Shown: positions 28,458 through 37,735 of the stretch, one piece after another
Numbering within the stretch: the first letter of the stretch is position 1
How the letters are laid out: every line of letters begins with the position of its first letter
From: Pseudomonadota bacterium
GTDB lineage: Bacteria > Pseudomonadota > Gammaproteobacteria > Steroidobacterales > Steroidobacteraceae
DNA: 64,000 nt
Reading direction: 5' to 3'
Assembly: GCA_947453225.1 (NCBI GenBank)
Contig: CANGFV010000001.1
Location: 2,737 to 66,736, forward strand
Program-made: the position numbers and the translations under genes
The notes under the pieces: model-generated
What the model saw: the letters and a program-made list of their open reading frames with translations, nothing else
The model's database searches: none
Told to the model about the DNA's origin: nothing

Positions 28458-28599
28458 AGTCTTGAATTATAGGTGGGTCGCTTAGTTAAAATTCAGACAT
28501 CGGTCACAAACAGCGTAATGCTTCTATATTTAGGTGTCTATTTGGTGCTGTGATTAAAGTGGGTTGTGTTGAGTGGCTGGTTGCGACAATTTGGTGGCC

Positions 28600-28634
28600 T
28601 AAAAGAATAGGCGTGTAACTTTCGCTACACGCCT
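28600..28634 (-). terminator. Rho-independent terminator downstream of rne
   Basis: Read on the minus strand: GGCGTGTA-GCGAAAGT-TACACGCC hairpin (8 bp) followed by TATTCTTTT, about 50 nt after the rne stop. Confidence 0.65.
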
Positions 28635-28681
28635 TTGTCTTAGGTAAGAGTGGTGAACTTTATTCCTTGTCCATGCTCAAG

Positions 28682-30925
28682 CTATTCGTTAGAAGCGTTC
28701 GAGCTTGGTGCTGGAGCTGGGGTAAAGCTCTCGCGTGACTCATGAGGACGAGGGTTAGATTCGTGGCTACTCAAGTCTCGAGAGTGCGTTGCGAACTCAC
28801 TACCGCCTGAGGGTGCTCCGGTGTCGCTGTTGCCTGTATTTTCAGCGTTGCCGTTAAATGGCCGGCCTTCACCGCCTCGGCCACGACCGCCACGACGGCG
28901 ACGGTTGCGACGCCCACGCAGTCCGCGGCCACCGGGCACGGCACCTTCATTAGAGAAGTTTTCTACCGGTTCTTGATGCTGCGTTGTAGCTGCTTGTGGC
29001 AGATCCTCGGAACCCGGTGGGTTTGTTCGTTGAGGCACCGCACGATCACGTTGAGGCTTGGCCTGTTGATCGTCGCGCTGTTGCCGCTGGTTTGGAGCGC
29101 CATCCCGACGATTGTCGCGTCTTGCGCCATCGCGGTTATTGCGTGGTCCACGTCGATCATAACGGCCGCGTGAGTGATCACCGCGATCTTGTCGGGCATG
29201 TGAAGTTGTGGATTTGGTCGGTATAGATTCGCTACTGCCATTGCCAAACAGTGCACGCCAAATGGCGACAAAAAGACCGACCTTTTCTTGCTCCGGACTT
29301 GGTACCGACGGCTGTACAGGAGGAATAGGCGCAATCGTCGTCACTGCAGGTTGAGCGGCTACGTGCTTGTGTTCGGCTCGATTGGCAACCGCATTCACAT
29401 CAATCGAAGGCTGCTGAGCCATTTTGTAGCTGGTGTTAGCGTTCTCGGTGAGTTGTATTTCGTCCTCACGTACGCGGCGAATTTCATAGGCCGGCGTTTC
29501 CATGTACTTGTTAGGCACCAAGATCACTTCGGTTTTTGTTTTGCTCTCAAATTCTTGCAGCGTTGCGCGCTTTTCATTGATGAGATAAGTCGCTACATCG
29601 ACAGGTAGTTGAGCGATGACCTTGGCGGTACGTTCTTTGCGTGCTTCTTCGCCGATCAGGCGCAGCAAGGTCAGTGCTAGCGATTCAACACTACGGATTT
29701 TGCCTTGACCTTCGCAGCGTGGACAGGAGTGATGCGTGGCTTCAGTAATAGAGGGACGTAGGCGCTGACGTGATAGTTCCAGCAAGCCAAAGCGTGAAAT
29801 GCGACCCAGTTGAATACGTGCGCGATCTTGCTTTACTGCATCACGCAGACGATCTTCAACAGCGCGTTGATTCTTTGTCGACTCCATATCAATAAAGTCG
29901 ATAACGATTAGTCCGCCAATATCGCGCAGACGTAATTGACGAGCAATTTCATCGGCCGCTTCTAAGTTGGTATTGGTGGCTGTGGTTTCGATGTCACCGC
30001 CGCGGGTGGCGCGTGCTGAGTTGATGTCGATGGCGACCAGGGCTTCGGTTTGATCAATCACGATCGAACCGCCTGACGGCAGAGTCAGGGTACGAGCATG
30101 CGCAGATTCAATCTGATTTTCGATTTGGTAGCGTGTGAATAGCGGTACTTCATCTTCGTAGAGTTTCAGTTTGCGCAAGCTGTTAGGCATGAAGCGCTGC
30201 ATATACTCTTGGCCTTCAGCAAAAACGCTTGGGCTGTCGACTAAAACTTCGCCTACATCATCACCCAAGTAATCACGTAGCGCGCGAATGACGGGCTTGG
30301 ATTCTTGATAAATCAGGAACGGGGCAGGGCGAGTGGCGGCTTCTTGAATGGCCTGCCATACGGCTTGCATGTTGTTGACGTCCCACTGCAATTCTTCTGC
30401 AGAGCGACCCACGCCAGCGGTACGCACAATGGCGCCCATGCCTTCTGGCAGTTGCACGCTGTCCAGTGCTTCACGTAGTTGATCGCGGTCTTCGCCTTCA
30501 ATACGGCGAGACACACCTCCGGCGCGGGCATTGTTGGGCATCAGCACCAAAAAGCGACCGGCCAGACTGATGAAGGTGGTTAAGGCAGCGCCCTTGTTGC
30601 CGCGCTCTTCCTTTTCCACTTGTACGATGAGTTCCTGACCTTCGGTAACGAGGTCGCGGATGTTACGGCTGCTGGCGCTGCTGCCTTCCTTGAAATATTC
30701 CTTGGAAATTTCTTTCAAGGGTAGGAAGCCATGGCGTTCGGAGCCATAGTCGACAAAGCAGGCTTCTAGGCTGGCTTCGACGCGGGTAATGCGGCCTTTG
30801 TAGATATTGGCTTTCTTTTGTTCGCGGGAGGCAAGTTCAATAGCGAGATCATAAATACGTTGTCCGTCTACCAGTGCAACGCGCAACTCCTCGTCCTGAG
30901 TTGCATTTACTAACATTCTTTTCAT
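28682..30925 (-). CDS. rne: Ribonuclease E
   Basis: MKRMLVNATQDEELRVALVDGQRIYDL N-terminus, S1 domain, catalytic DNase-I-like region (VAIDINSARATRGGDIETTA), Zn-link CPRCEGQG, and an Arg/Pro-rich low-complexity C-terminal tail. Confidence 0.97.
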   Translation of the reverse strand: MKRMLVNATQDEELRVALVDGQRIYDLAIELASREQKKANIYKGRITRVEASLEACFVDYGSERHGFLPLKEISKEYFKEGSSASSRNIRDLVTEGQELIVQVEKEERGNKGAALTTFISLAGRFLVLMPNNARAGGVSRRIEGEDRDQLREALDSVQLPEGMGAIVRTAGVGRSAEELQWDVNNMQAVWQAIQEAATRPAPFLIYQESKPVIRALRDYLGDDVGEVLVDSPSVFAEGQEYMQRFMPNSLRKLKLYEDEVPLFTRYQIENQIESAHARTLTLPSGGSIVIDQTEALVAIDINSARATRGGDIETTATNTNLEAADEIARQLRLRDIGGLIVIDFIDMESTKNQRAVEDRLRDAVKQDRARIQLGRISRFGLLELSRQRLRPSITEATHHSCPRCEGQGKIRSVESLALTLLRLIGEEARKERTAKVIAQLPVDVATYLINEKRATLQEFESKTKTEVILVPNKYMETPAYEIRRVREDEIQLTENANTSYKMAQQPSIDVNAVANRAEHKHVAAQPAVTTIAPIPPVQPSVPSPEQEKVGLFVAIWRALFGNGSSESIPTKSTTSHARQDRGDHSRGRYDRRGPRNNRDGARRDNRRDGAPNQRQQRDDQQAKPQRDRAVPQRTNPPGSEDLPQAATTQHQEPVENFSNEGAVPGGRGLRGRRNRRRRGGRGRGGEGRPFNGNAENTGNSDTGAPSGGSEFATHSRDLSSHESNPRPHESRESFTPAPAPSSNASNE

Positions 30926-31300
30926 GGGCCCCTACTTGTGTAGTTGGGAGGCCGTGGAAGGGCGCAAGACAGGTGCAGTGTGACGGTGAGGATGGGAGCA
31001 GCTTCGTTTGATTGTTTTTTTCGCCCGTATTCACTCGGGTGAGGGTTCAATCGAATCAGCGTTTCCAACTGCTGACCTAGGCCAGCGGTGATAAACGAAC
31101 CTGGGCAGAGAGCCTTCAAGGTTATCTATCGCTTTAAAATCCTGCCGAAGTTTGCGGCCTGCCCGGTGCGCTGTTTTCACTGACCCAACGCCCGAGTTGC
31201 GGGTTTGGCGTCAACGTTCCAGTCGGCCGAGCGATGGTTCTGATGGGCTCGTAGCCTGTTTACACAGAACCAACTAAGATGCGGTTCCCGTTGTTTTGGC
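30926..31300 (-). promoter_or_regulatory. Probable long structured rne 5' leader
   Basis: A GC-rich non-coding gap of about 600 bp separates rne from the divergent rluC, far longer than a simple promoter needs. Enterobacterial rne has a long autoregulatory 5' UTR. The extent and promoter position are not determined here. Confidence 0.4.
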
Positions 31301-31529
31301 TGACCTTAATTGATGGGCTCAGGCTTAAACGGTCGGTGGCCGCGTATAATCGTTCTTGGCGGCGCTTGGTGGCGCTGGCCAACAAGTCACCTAAGAAGCG
31401 AACTGCGTGCGACTATAGCACGCATTTTCGTGTAATCAATGGCTTACGCTGTGTAAGTTGTATTTCTGTTTAATTTTTGCGCAGGCTGACCTAGCTATTG
31501 TTGGTCGGTTTTAGGTTGTGGCAGGTGTA

Positions 31530-32546
31530 ATGACAATTTCTCCCCGTCTTGCTTCAGATTCCAGTTCGCCAGCCAAGGTGGGTCAAGGGGTGACTTATGT
31601 CGATGCCGTTGAGGGCGATGTCGGTCAGCGGCTCGATAATTACTTGCTGCGTATCTTAAAAAACGTACCTAAAAGCCATATTTACCGTGTGGTTCGCAAG
31701 GGTGAGGTTCGCATTAACGGCAAGCGCGCCAAGCCGGAAACTCGTCTGGCGCTGGGCGATAAGGTACGTATCCCGCCCATTCATGTGGATCAAGCGCCGC
31801 CGCGTTCTGTGCCTTCCCAGGCGTTACAGCAGTTCATTACCGATGCCATCCTCTTTGAGGATAAGGATCTGTTGATTGTTAATAAGCCGCCAGGCGTGGC
31901 GGTACATGGCGGTAGTGGCTTGGCGTTTGGCGTGATTGAAGCGTTACGTGCGGCGCGCCCCGAATTGATCGAACTAGAACTCGTGCACCGCTTAGATCGC
32001 GACACCAGCGGGGTGTTGCTAATTGCCAAACGACGGGCGGCGCTGCGTGAATTGCATGCGGCGATGCGTGAGCGGGAAATGACTAAGCGCTATCTAGCGT
32101 TAGTGTGCGGACGCTGGGAGCTAGGCAAAAAGCGCATCGATCTGCCGTTACTGACCAACCAAAAGCAGGGTGGCGAGCGCATGGTCAGGGTGCATCCCGA
32201 GGGGGTCTCTGCCCTGAGTACCTTTGTGCCAGAACAGCATTTCGGAAAACACGCGAGTCTAATGGCCATCGAAATTGGTACGGGTCGAACGCACCAAATT
32301 AGGGTGCATTCCGCCTATGCAGGTCACCCCGTGGCGGGCGATGAAAAATATGGCAATAAGGCAGGTAATGAGGCGCTAAAAGTCTTTGGTCTCAAGCGTA
32401 TGTTCCTGCACGCCCAGTCGCTGGAATTTATTCACCCCAGTACCGGACAGGTATTTAGTATCAGTGCGCCGCTCAGTGATGAGCTGACTCAAGTGCTGGA
32501 GAACCTTAAAAATGCATCTGCCAAGGGTCGGCGATCTGAGGCTTAA
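31530..32546 (+). CDS. rluC: 23S rRNA pseudouridine synthase RluC
   Basis: S4 domain (GQRLDNYLLRILKNVPKSHIYRVVRKGEVRING) and RluA-family catalytic motif HRLDRDTSGVLL. It is divergent from rne, as in E. coli. The alternative GTG start at 31518 is possible. Confidence 0.9.
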   Translation: MTISPRLASDSSSPAKVGQGVTYVDAVEGDVGQRLDNYLLRILKNVPKSHIYRVVRKGEVRINGKRAKPETRLALGDKVRIPPIHVDQAPPRSVPSQALQQFITDAILFEDKDLLIVNKPPGVAVHGGSGLAFGVIEALRAARPELIELELVHRLDRDTSGVLLIAKRRAALRELHAAMREREMTKRYLALVCGRWELGKKRIDLPLLTNQKQGGERMVRVHPEGVSALSTFVPEQHFGKHASLMAIEIGTGRTHQIRVHSAYAGHPVAGDEKYGNKAGNEALKVFGLKRMFLHAQSLEFIHPSTGQVFSISAPLSDELTQVLENLKNASAKGRRSEA

Positions 32547-32559
32547 GCTCGTCCTAGAC

Positions 32560-33168
32560 TTAAGGGATAGACAGCCCCGCCCGGCGTAGCGCGCCACACA
32601 GCCAGATTAGGGGTAGGCCGGTCAGGGCGGTTGGGTCTTGAGAGTCAATGCGCTCAAATAGACTGATGCCGAGCGCTTCAGCTTTGAACGATCCGGCACA
32701 GTCTAAGGGCTGATCTGCGGCGATATAGCGGCTAATTTCCTCATCGCTGAGGGTTCTAAATCGCACCACAGTGGTATCAATGTGTGCCTCATGCTGCTGA
32801 TGATGGGGGTCGATGACGTGCACGGCGGTGTAAAACGTTACCTGACCGCCGCTGGCGGCCTTCAGTTGGGCGGTGGCCGCTTCAATGGTGCCGGGCTTAC
32901 CTAGAATCTGCGTGCCCCTTACTGCGGCTTGGTCAGAGCCGATGACGATACTGTCTGGATAGCGCTGCGCCACGGCCTCGGCTTTCTGGCGTGCGAGCCG
33001 GTGAACTAGGCTGGTGACATCCTCATTGGGTAGCAGTTCCTCGTTTATTCCCGGAGAATGCACGGTAAATGGCACTTGTAGCCGTTCCAGTAGTTGCCGT
33101 CGATAAATAGAGGTCGAGGCTAGAACTAAGGCGTTGGGGCTAAGCGGGGTTTTACGGAAGTTATTCAC
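32560..33168 (-). CDS. maf: Maf-family nucleoside-triphosphate pyrophosphatase (YceF-like)
   Basis: LVLASTSIYRRQLLERL N-terminus, GSDQ, and the C-terminal AGSFKAE...GL motif. It sits next to yceD-rpmF, as in E. coli. Confidence 0.9.
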   Translation of the reverse strand: MNNFRKTPLSPNALVLASTSIYRRQLLERLQVPFTVHSPGINEELLPNEDVTSLVHRLARQKAEAVAQRYPDSIVIGSDQAAVRGTQILGKPGTIEAATAQLKAASGGQVTFYTAVHVIDPHHQQHEAHIDTTVVRFRTLSDEEISRYIAADQPLDCAGSFKAEALGISLFERIDSQDPTALTGLPLIWLCGALRRAGLSIP

Positions 33169-33264
33169 TGTGCTGAATCCATAATTGATCCCTTAGAAAA
33201 AACAAGGGTTTAAGCATTGGAAGGTTTTGACAGGGCAGAGGCTCGCACCTATGATACGCGCCCC

Positions 33265-33837
33265 ATGTTGAGCCCCCCTGCCGAACTGAATGCTCCCACC
33301 CCTTCGACGGTGTTGGATGCGGAAGTTCTGGCGCACGGCGGGCTGACATGGGAGGGTGAGTTTAACGGTACTCGCTTTGCACGTCTGCAAGGTGTGGCAC
33401 TGTCAGAAACTCCTCGGGTGAGGGTACGACTGTCTTTTGCCTTGCTGGATCAGCGTCCAGTGGTGCATGGCACGTTACTCACCGAGTTTGAGTTGGTGTG
33501 TCAGCGCTGTTTGGGTGCTATGCGCTATCCGGTGTCGGAGCAGTTTGAGTTGATGCTCATTGCGAGCAATACCGAACTAGAGCGTGTGCCTGAGTTGTAC
33601 GAGCCGTGGGTCTCAAATGTGCAGCGACTGAATTTGTTTGAGTTGGTGGAAGAGCAATTGTTGTTGGCGTTGCCTTTGATCGCTAAACATGCCACTGAGC
33701 AAGAGTGTGTGCAGGTAGCGCCCGAAGTATTTGTGGATTCGTCAGCGGTTGCGGTAGATATAGAAGTACCGCAGTCGCAGCAGAGTGATGCAGTGCAGCG
33801 ACCATTCGGAAATTTACGCGATTTGTTGCGTAAATGA
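33265..33837 (+). CDS. yceD: YceD (DUF177) ribosome-associated protein
   Basis: Conserved CQRCL Cys motif and an acidic C-terminus. It lies immediately upstream of rpmF. I chose ATG 33265; the ORF-track start at 33217 is a TTG. Confidence 0.8.
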   Translation: MLSPPAELNAPTPSTVLDAEVLAHGGLTWEGEFNGTRFARLQGVALSETPRVRVRLSFALLDQRPVVHGTLLTEFELVCQRCLGAMRYPVSEQFELMLIASNTELERVPELYEPWVSNVQRLNLFELVEEQLLLALPLIAKHATEQECVQVAPEVFVDSSAVAVDIEVPQSQQSDAVQRPFGNLRDLLRK

Positions 33838-33895
33838 TTTAAGTCGATTCGCATCGCGTTGAGAACAGTGTTTGGAATTTTGTAGAGAGTAGATC

Positions 33896-34087
33896 ATGCC
33901 CGTTCAAAAAAGTCGTAGAACTCCTTCCACTCGCGGTATGCGCCGTTCGCATGATGGGTTGACTGCGCCCACGTTGTCTGTCGATAAGACTTCTGGTGAA
34001 ACGCATACTCGTCATCGTATTACGCCAGATGGTTTCTATCGCGGTAAGAAAGTAATCGAAACCCGCGAAGACAAGCAGGCTGAGTAA
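33896..34087 (+). CDS. rpmF: 50S ribosomal protein L32
   Basis: [22 protein letters not shown] matches the L32 N-terminal signature. 63 aa. Confidence 0.95.
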   Translation: MPVQKSRRTPSTRGMRRSHDGLTAPTLSVDKTSGETHTRHRITPDGFYRGKKVIETREDKQAE

Positions 34088-34101
34088 GATTGTTGCTTGC
34101 C

Positions 34102-34130
34102 GCAATGAGTAATGTCATTGCGTTTGTTTG
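34102..34130 (+). terminator. Hairpin plus T-tract after rpmF (terminator or attenuator)
   Basis: GCAATGA-GTAATG-TCATTGC followed by GTTTGTTTG, between the rpmF stop and the preferred plsX start (34170). Confidence 0.5.
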
Positions 34131-34169
34131 CCCGCCGCAACTCAGATCAAAAAATTATTTATTTTGAGT

Positions 34170-35189
34170 ATGCAGCCAGACCAGCGACTTAGTATCGCAA
34201 TTGATGCGATGGGTGGCGATCATGGGCCATCCGTTACTGTGCCCGCGGCACTTTCGGTGCTTGCCGAAAATCCTAATATCCAAATCATTTTGGTGGGACA
34301 GCAGTCTCTGCTGTCGGCTCTGATTGCCAAGCGCGTCAGTGAATTTGGCGATCGTTTGCGTATTCAGCATGCTGAGCAAGTGGTGGCGATGGATGAGCGT
34401 CCGCAAGATGCCATGCGCAAGAAAAAAGATTCATCTATGCGCGTGGCGTTAAATTTATTGGAGTCGGGCGACGCTATGGCGTGTGTCAGTGCGGGTAATA
34501 CCGGTGCATTAATGGCTACGGCTCGCTTTGTCTTAAGAACTATTACAGGTATTGATCGTCCTGCGATTTTGTCGCGTATCCCCACGCATCATGGATATAC
34601 GCATATGCTGGACTTAGGTGCGAATGCTGATTGTACGCCTGAGCATTTATTTCAATTTGCAGTGATGGGTGCGGTAGTTGCCACCGATCCGCAGCATTTG
34701 CCTAAGCCGCGCGTGGGCTTACTGAATATTGGTTCTGAAGACATCAAAGGTAATGAATTGGTACAGCAAGCCGCTAAGTTGCTGGAGCAAAGTACACTCA
34801 ACTACATTGGCTTTATTGAAGGTAATGATATTTTCAGTGGCAATGTTGATGTTGTGGTTACCGATGGCTTTACGGGTAATGTGGCGCTGAAGACCATGGA
34901 GGGCGTGGCAAGAATGATCAGCGGTGCGATGAAGCGTGAATATACGCGTAACCCGCTGCGTCGCTTAGGTGCGTTAGTGTCAATGCCGGTTTTGAAGGCC
35001 ATCAAAAAACGTTTTGACCCCGGTCAGCATAATGGCGCGAGTATGGTGGGCTTGAATGGCGTAGTCATTAAAAGCCATGGCAGCGCCGATGCGGAGGCAT
35101 TTGCTAATGCCATACGAGTTGCTATTGTTGAAGCACGTCAAGGCGTACCTTCGCAAGTCAGCCAATTATTACAGGAACAAGGTCAATGA
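34170..35189 (+). CDS. plsX: Phosphate acyltransferase PlsX
   Basis: IAIDAMGGDHGP motif, GNTGA and GFTGNV motifs. I chose start ATG 34170 (MQPDQRLSIAID) so that the gene does not overlap the rpmF terminator. Confidence 0.95.
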   Translation: MQPDQRLSIAIDAMGGDHGPSVTVPAALSVLAENPNIQIILVGQQSLLSALIAKRVSEFGDRLRIQHAEQVVAMDERPQDAMRKKKDSSMRVALNLLESGDAMACVSAGNTGALMATARFVLRTITGIDRPAILSRIPTHHGYTHMLDLGANADCTPEHLFQFAVMGAVVATDPQHLPKPRVGLLNIGSEDIKGNELVQQAAKLLEQSTLNYIGFIEGNDIFSGNVDVVVTDGFTGNVALKTMEGVARMISGAMKREYTRNPLRRLGALVSMPVLKAIKKRFDPGQHNGASMVGLNGVVIKSHGSADAEAFANAIRVAIVEARQGVPSQVSQLLQEQGQ

Positions 35190-36163
35190 CTATCTTTTCA
35201 AAGTTAGTGGGTACGGGTTCTTATTTGCCTGAGAAAGTGCTCACCAATGCCGATCTTGAAAAGATGGTGGATACCACTGATGAATGGATCAGAGAGCGTA
35301 CCGGCATTGAGCGTCGTCATATCGTTGGAGACAATGAAACCACCTGTGATATGGCCGAACAGGCCTCGCTGCGTGCGATGAAGGCCGCAGGCGTCACTGC
35401 CGCAGATATTGATTTAATTGTTGTGGGTACAACTACGCCCGATCAGCAATTTCCTAACACGGGGTGTTTGTTGCAGCAGCGGCTTGGCATTTTTGGGCCT
35501 CCGGCGATTCAACTTGAAGCGGCATGCTCTAGTTTTATTTATGCACTCAGCGTTGCTGATAAGTTTATTCGTTTGGGTGATGCCAAGTGTGCATTGGTGG
35601 TGGGTGCCGAATGTCTCACTCGTTTGGTGGATTGGAAAGATCGCAACACCTGTGTGTTGTTTGGGGATGGCGCAGGTGCAGTAATTCTCAAAGCATCCAA
35701 TGAGCCCGGCATTCTTTCAACCCACTTGCATGCCAGTGGCGATTACGCTGATTTACTGTTTTATCCTACGGGACCTGCCAAGCCTTACAACCCAAATGTA
35801 TCTGAGTCTGCGCAGTGCGCCATACAAATGAAGGGCAAGGAAGTATTCAAAGTTGCGGTGAATAAATTAGGTGATGCGGTAGATGAAGTGCTCGCTGCAA
35901 ATACTTTAGATAAGAGCGCCATCGACTGGTTGGTGCCGCATCAAGCCAATATGCGCATTATTCAGGGCATTGCCAAAAAGTTGGATCTGCCGATGGAGCG
36001 CGTGATTGTTACCGTTCAGGATCAGGGCAATACCTCGGCCGCCTCAGTACCACTAGCGCTAGATACGGGAATCCGCGATGGTCGTATCAAGCCTGGTTCG
36101 CTAATCTTGCTCGAAGCCTTTGGTGGCGGATTTACTTGGGGCTCAGCGCTAGTTCGCATCTAA
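35186..36163 (+). CDS. fabH: 3-oxoacyl-ACP synthase III
   Basis: TTDEWIRERTGIERR, active-site AACSSF (Cys), HQAN (His) and GNTSAAS (Asn) motifs. A 4-nt overlap links it to plsX. Confidence 0.95.
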   Translation: MTIFSKLVGTGSYLPEKVLTNADLEKMVDTTDEWIRERTGIERRHIVGDNETTCDMAEQASLRAMKAAGVTAADIDLIVVGTTTPDQQFPNTGCLLQQRLGIFGPPAIQLEAACSSFIYALSVADKFIRLGDAKCALVVGAECLTRLVDWKDRNTCVLFGDGAGAVILKASNEPGILSTHLHASGDYADLLFYPTGPAKPYNPNVSESAQCAIQMKGKEVFKVAVNKLGDAVDEVLAANTLDKSAIDWLVPHQANMRIIQGIAKKLDLPMERVIVTVQDQGNTSAASVPLALDTGIRDGRIKPGSLILLEAFGGGFTWGSALVRI

Positions 36164-36205
36164 CAAATCTTCAGCGCTGTTCGATCCTTAAGAGGTCGCA
36201 AGCGC

Positions 36206-37126
36206 ATGAACAGTACTCAGCAGCATTTATTGCTATTGTTTTTTTCAGCGAACGTAGCAGCTGCGACTTTTCCGTTACCGTCCCCGCAAGATGCGCTCAT
36301 TGGACACATGCAGTATGCGACGGTGCATGAAGAAGATACGCTGCTTTCTATCGGCAGAAAGTACGGTATCGGCTATCAACAAGTCATTGCTGCCAATCCT
36401 AATGTAGACGTCTGGCTGCCCACGGTAGGCTTGCGCGTGGTGATTCCTAGTGTGTACTTGCTGCCCAATGCGCCGCGATATGGCATTGTGATTAATCTTG
36501 CAGAGCAGCGGTTGTATTTTTATCCCAAGCCGGCAGCAGGGCAGCCGCCAACGGTTGAAACATTTCCTATCAGTGTAGGTAAGGCTCAGTGGGGTACGCC
36601 ATTAGGAAAGACTCGCGTAATAGAAAAACAAATGCATCCCACGTGGTATCCGACAGAATCAGTACGCAAAGAGCATGCCGATCGCGGTGAGACTTTGCCT
36701 AAAGCAGTGTTGCCAGGACCTAACAATCCTCTAGGTGACTATGCACTACGGTTAGATATTGCAGGCGGCGCGTATTTAATTCATGGCACCAATAAACCTA
36801 TTGCGATTGGTATGGCGGTGACGCACGGCTGTATACGTATGTTGCCTGAAGATATTGCGCTACTGTTTGAAGAGGTTGCGGTAGGTACGCAAGTTACGCT
36901 GATTAATCAGCCGTATACCATGGGTTGGTTGGGTCAACAGTTATATGTGCAGCGTCATGAGGTTGATCAACAGCGGACTAAAACAGTTGCGCACAACCTG
37001 ATGGCACTCACAAGTTTGTATGTGACTGCAACTCAACATCGTTCAGTAAAGATGGATTGGCATGATGCAGAGCAGCAGTTTACAAAGGCTTCAGCCATAC
37101 CAGTACAAATCAGGTTACTGCAATAA
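36206..37126 (+). CDS. L,D-transpeptidase (YkuD domain), with ErfK/YbiS/YcfS-like architecture
   Basis: Signal peptide, a LysM-like segment (HEEDTLLSIGRKYGIGYQQVIAANPNVD), GIVINLAEQRLYFYPK, and catalytic HGT...VTHGCIRM. Confidence 0.9.
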   Translation: MNSTQQHLLLLFFSANVAAATFPLPSPQDALIGHMQYATVHEEDTLLSIGRKYGIGYQQVIAANPNVDVWLPTVGLRVVIPSVYLLPNAPRYGIVINLAEQRLYFYPKPAAGQPPTVETFPISVGKAQWGTPLGKTRVIEKQMHPTWYPTESVRKEHADRGETLPKAVLPGPNNPLGDYALRLDIAGGAYLIHGTNKPIAIGMAVTHGCIRMLPEDIALLFEEVAVGTQVTLINQPYTMGWLGQQLYVQRHEVDQQRTKTVAHNLMALTSLYVTATQHRSVKMDWHDAEQQFTKASAIPVQIRLLQ

Positions 37127-37194
37127 AGCCACTACATTGAAGCGAATAGACAAGAAGTCACTTTCCGCTGTGACTTCAGTAGTGTATGTAAAAT

Positions 37195-37527
37195 TTACTT
37201 CGAGACTGATTGCTTAAACATACGATCCAACTTCACATTGGTTGCATCAACTCCAGATTGCGCGTTTTTAGCAGCTTGTAGCGCCTGGTTTGCAGTATTC
37301 AAGGCTTTATCTGCGGTAGCTTGGGCGTTATTGGCTGCCTTATTGGCATTGGCGGCTGAAGTATTTGCAGCATCTGCCGAAGCTTTGGCTGCGGCTGCTT
37401 CTTGGCTGGCTTTGTTGGCCGTAGCACGAACTTCATCCAACGCCTTGGTATTTTGGCAGCCAGTCAGCGTGATGAGCGCGCATACAGTTGTGCCTAATAA
37501 TGATGGTTTCAGGGTAGATGTTTTCAT
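37195..37527 (-). CDS. OprI/Lpp-like alanine-zipper outer-membrane lipoprotein with C-terminal Lys
   Basis: Start at MKTSTL. Lipobox LTGC. The mature part is an Ala/Asn/Gln-rich coiled coil ending ...LDRMFKQSVSK (compare E. coli Lpp ...YRK and P. aeruginosa OprI ...SRK). Confidence 0.7.
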   Translation of the reverse strand: MKTSTLKPSLLGTTVCALITLTGCQNTKALDEVRATANKASQEAAAAKASADAANTSAANANKAANNAQATADKALNTANQALQAAKNAQSGVDATNVKLDRMFKQSVSK

Positions 37528-37735
37528 CGGGAAATCCTCTGTTAATGCTGAGTGATGAATCACGCCTTCCCATCATCTGCTGTTCAGAAGAATGACAAGA
37601 CGGCGTAATGCAAAGTCATGACTCAGTGTGCCTTGAATTACTAAGGCATGAGGATTAGGAAAATTATTTATCAGGCTAGGGAGTAGCCCTAAAAAGAAAT
37701 GCAGTGGTAATGAATTTGGACGGCTTTTATGGTGG

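Noticed and set aside
28963-29608. Several 66-123-aa ORFs on both strands inside the 3' half of rne.
   Set aside because: They lie inside the Arg/Pro-rich, GC-biased tail-coding region of rne, where long alternative-frame ORFs are expected by chance.
31340-31360. TATAAT hexamer (gcgTATAATcg), considered as the rluC or rne promoter -10 element.
   Set aside because: I could find no convincing -35 element at proper spacing on either strand. A single hexamer in a 590-bp gap is not sufficient evidence.
33161-34105. Minus-strand ORFs (62, 65, 109 and 88 aa) overlapping the maf start, yceD and rpmF.
   Set aside because: They overlap conserved housekeeping genes with clear motifs, and they show no motifs of their own.
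37154-37177. GAAGTCAC/GTGACTTC hairpin between the convergent ldt and lpp-like genes, considered as a bidirectional terminator.
   Set aside because: There is no convincing U-tract on either side, so I did not list it as a terminator feature.
37238-37555. 105-aa plus-strand Ala/Leu-rich ORF.
   Set aside because: It mirrors the Ala-rich (GCN-repeat) lipoprotein gene on the other strand. Such antisense ORFs arise automatically, and this one has no signal or lipobox logic.
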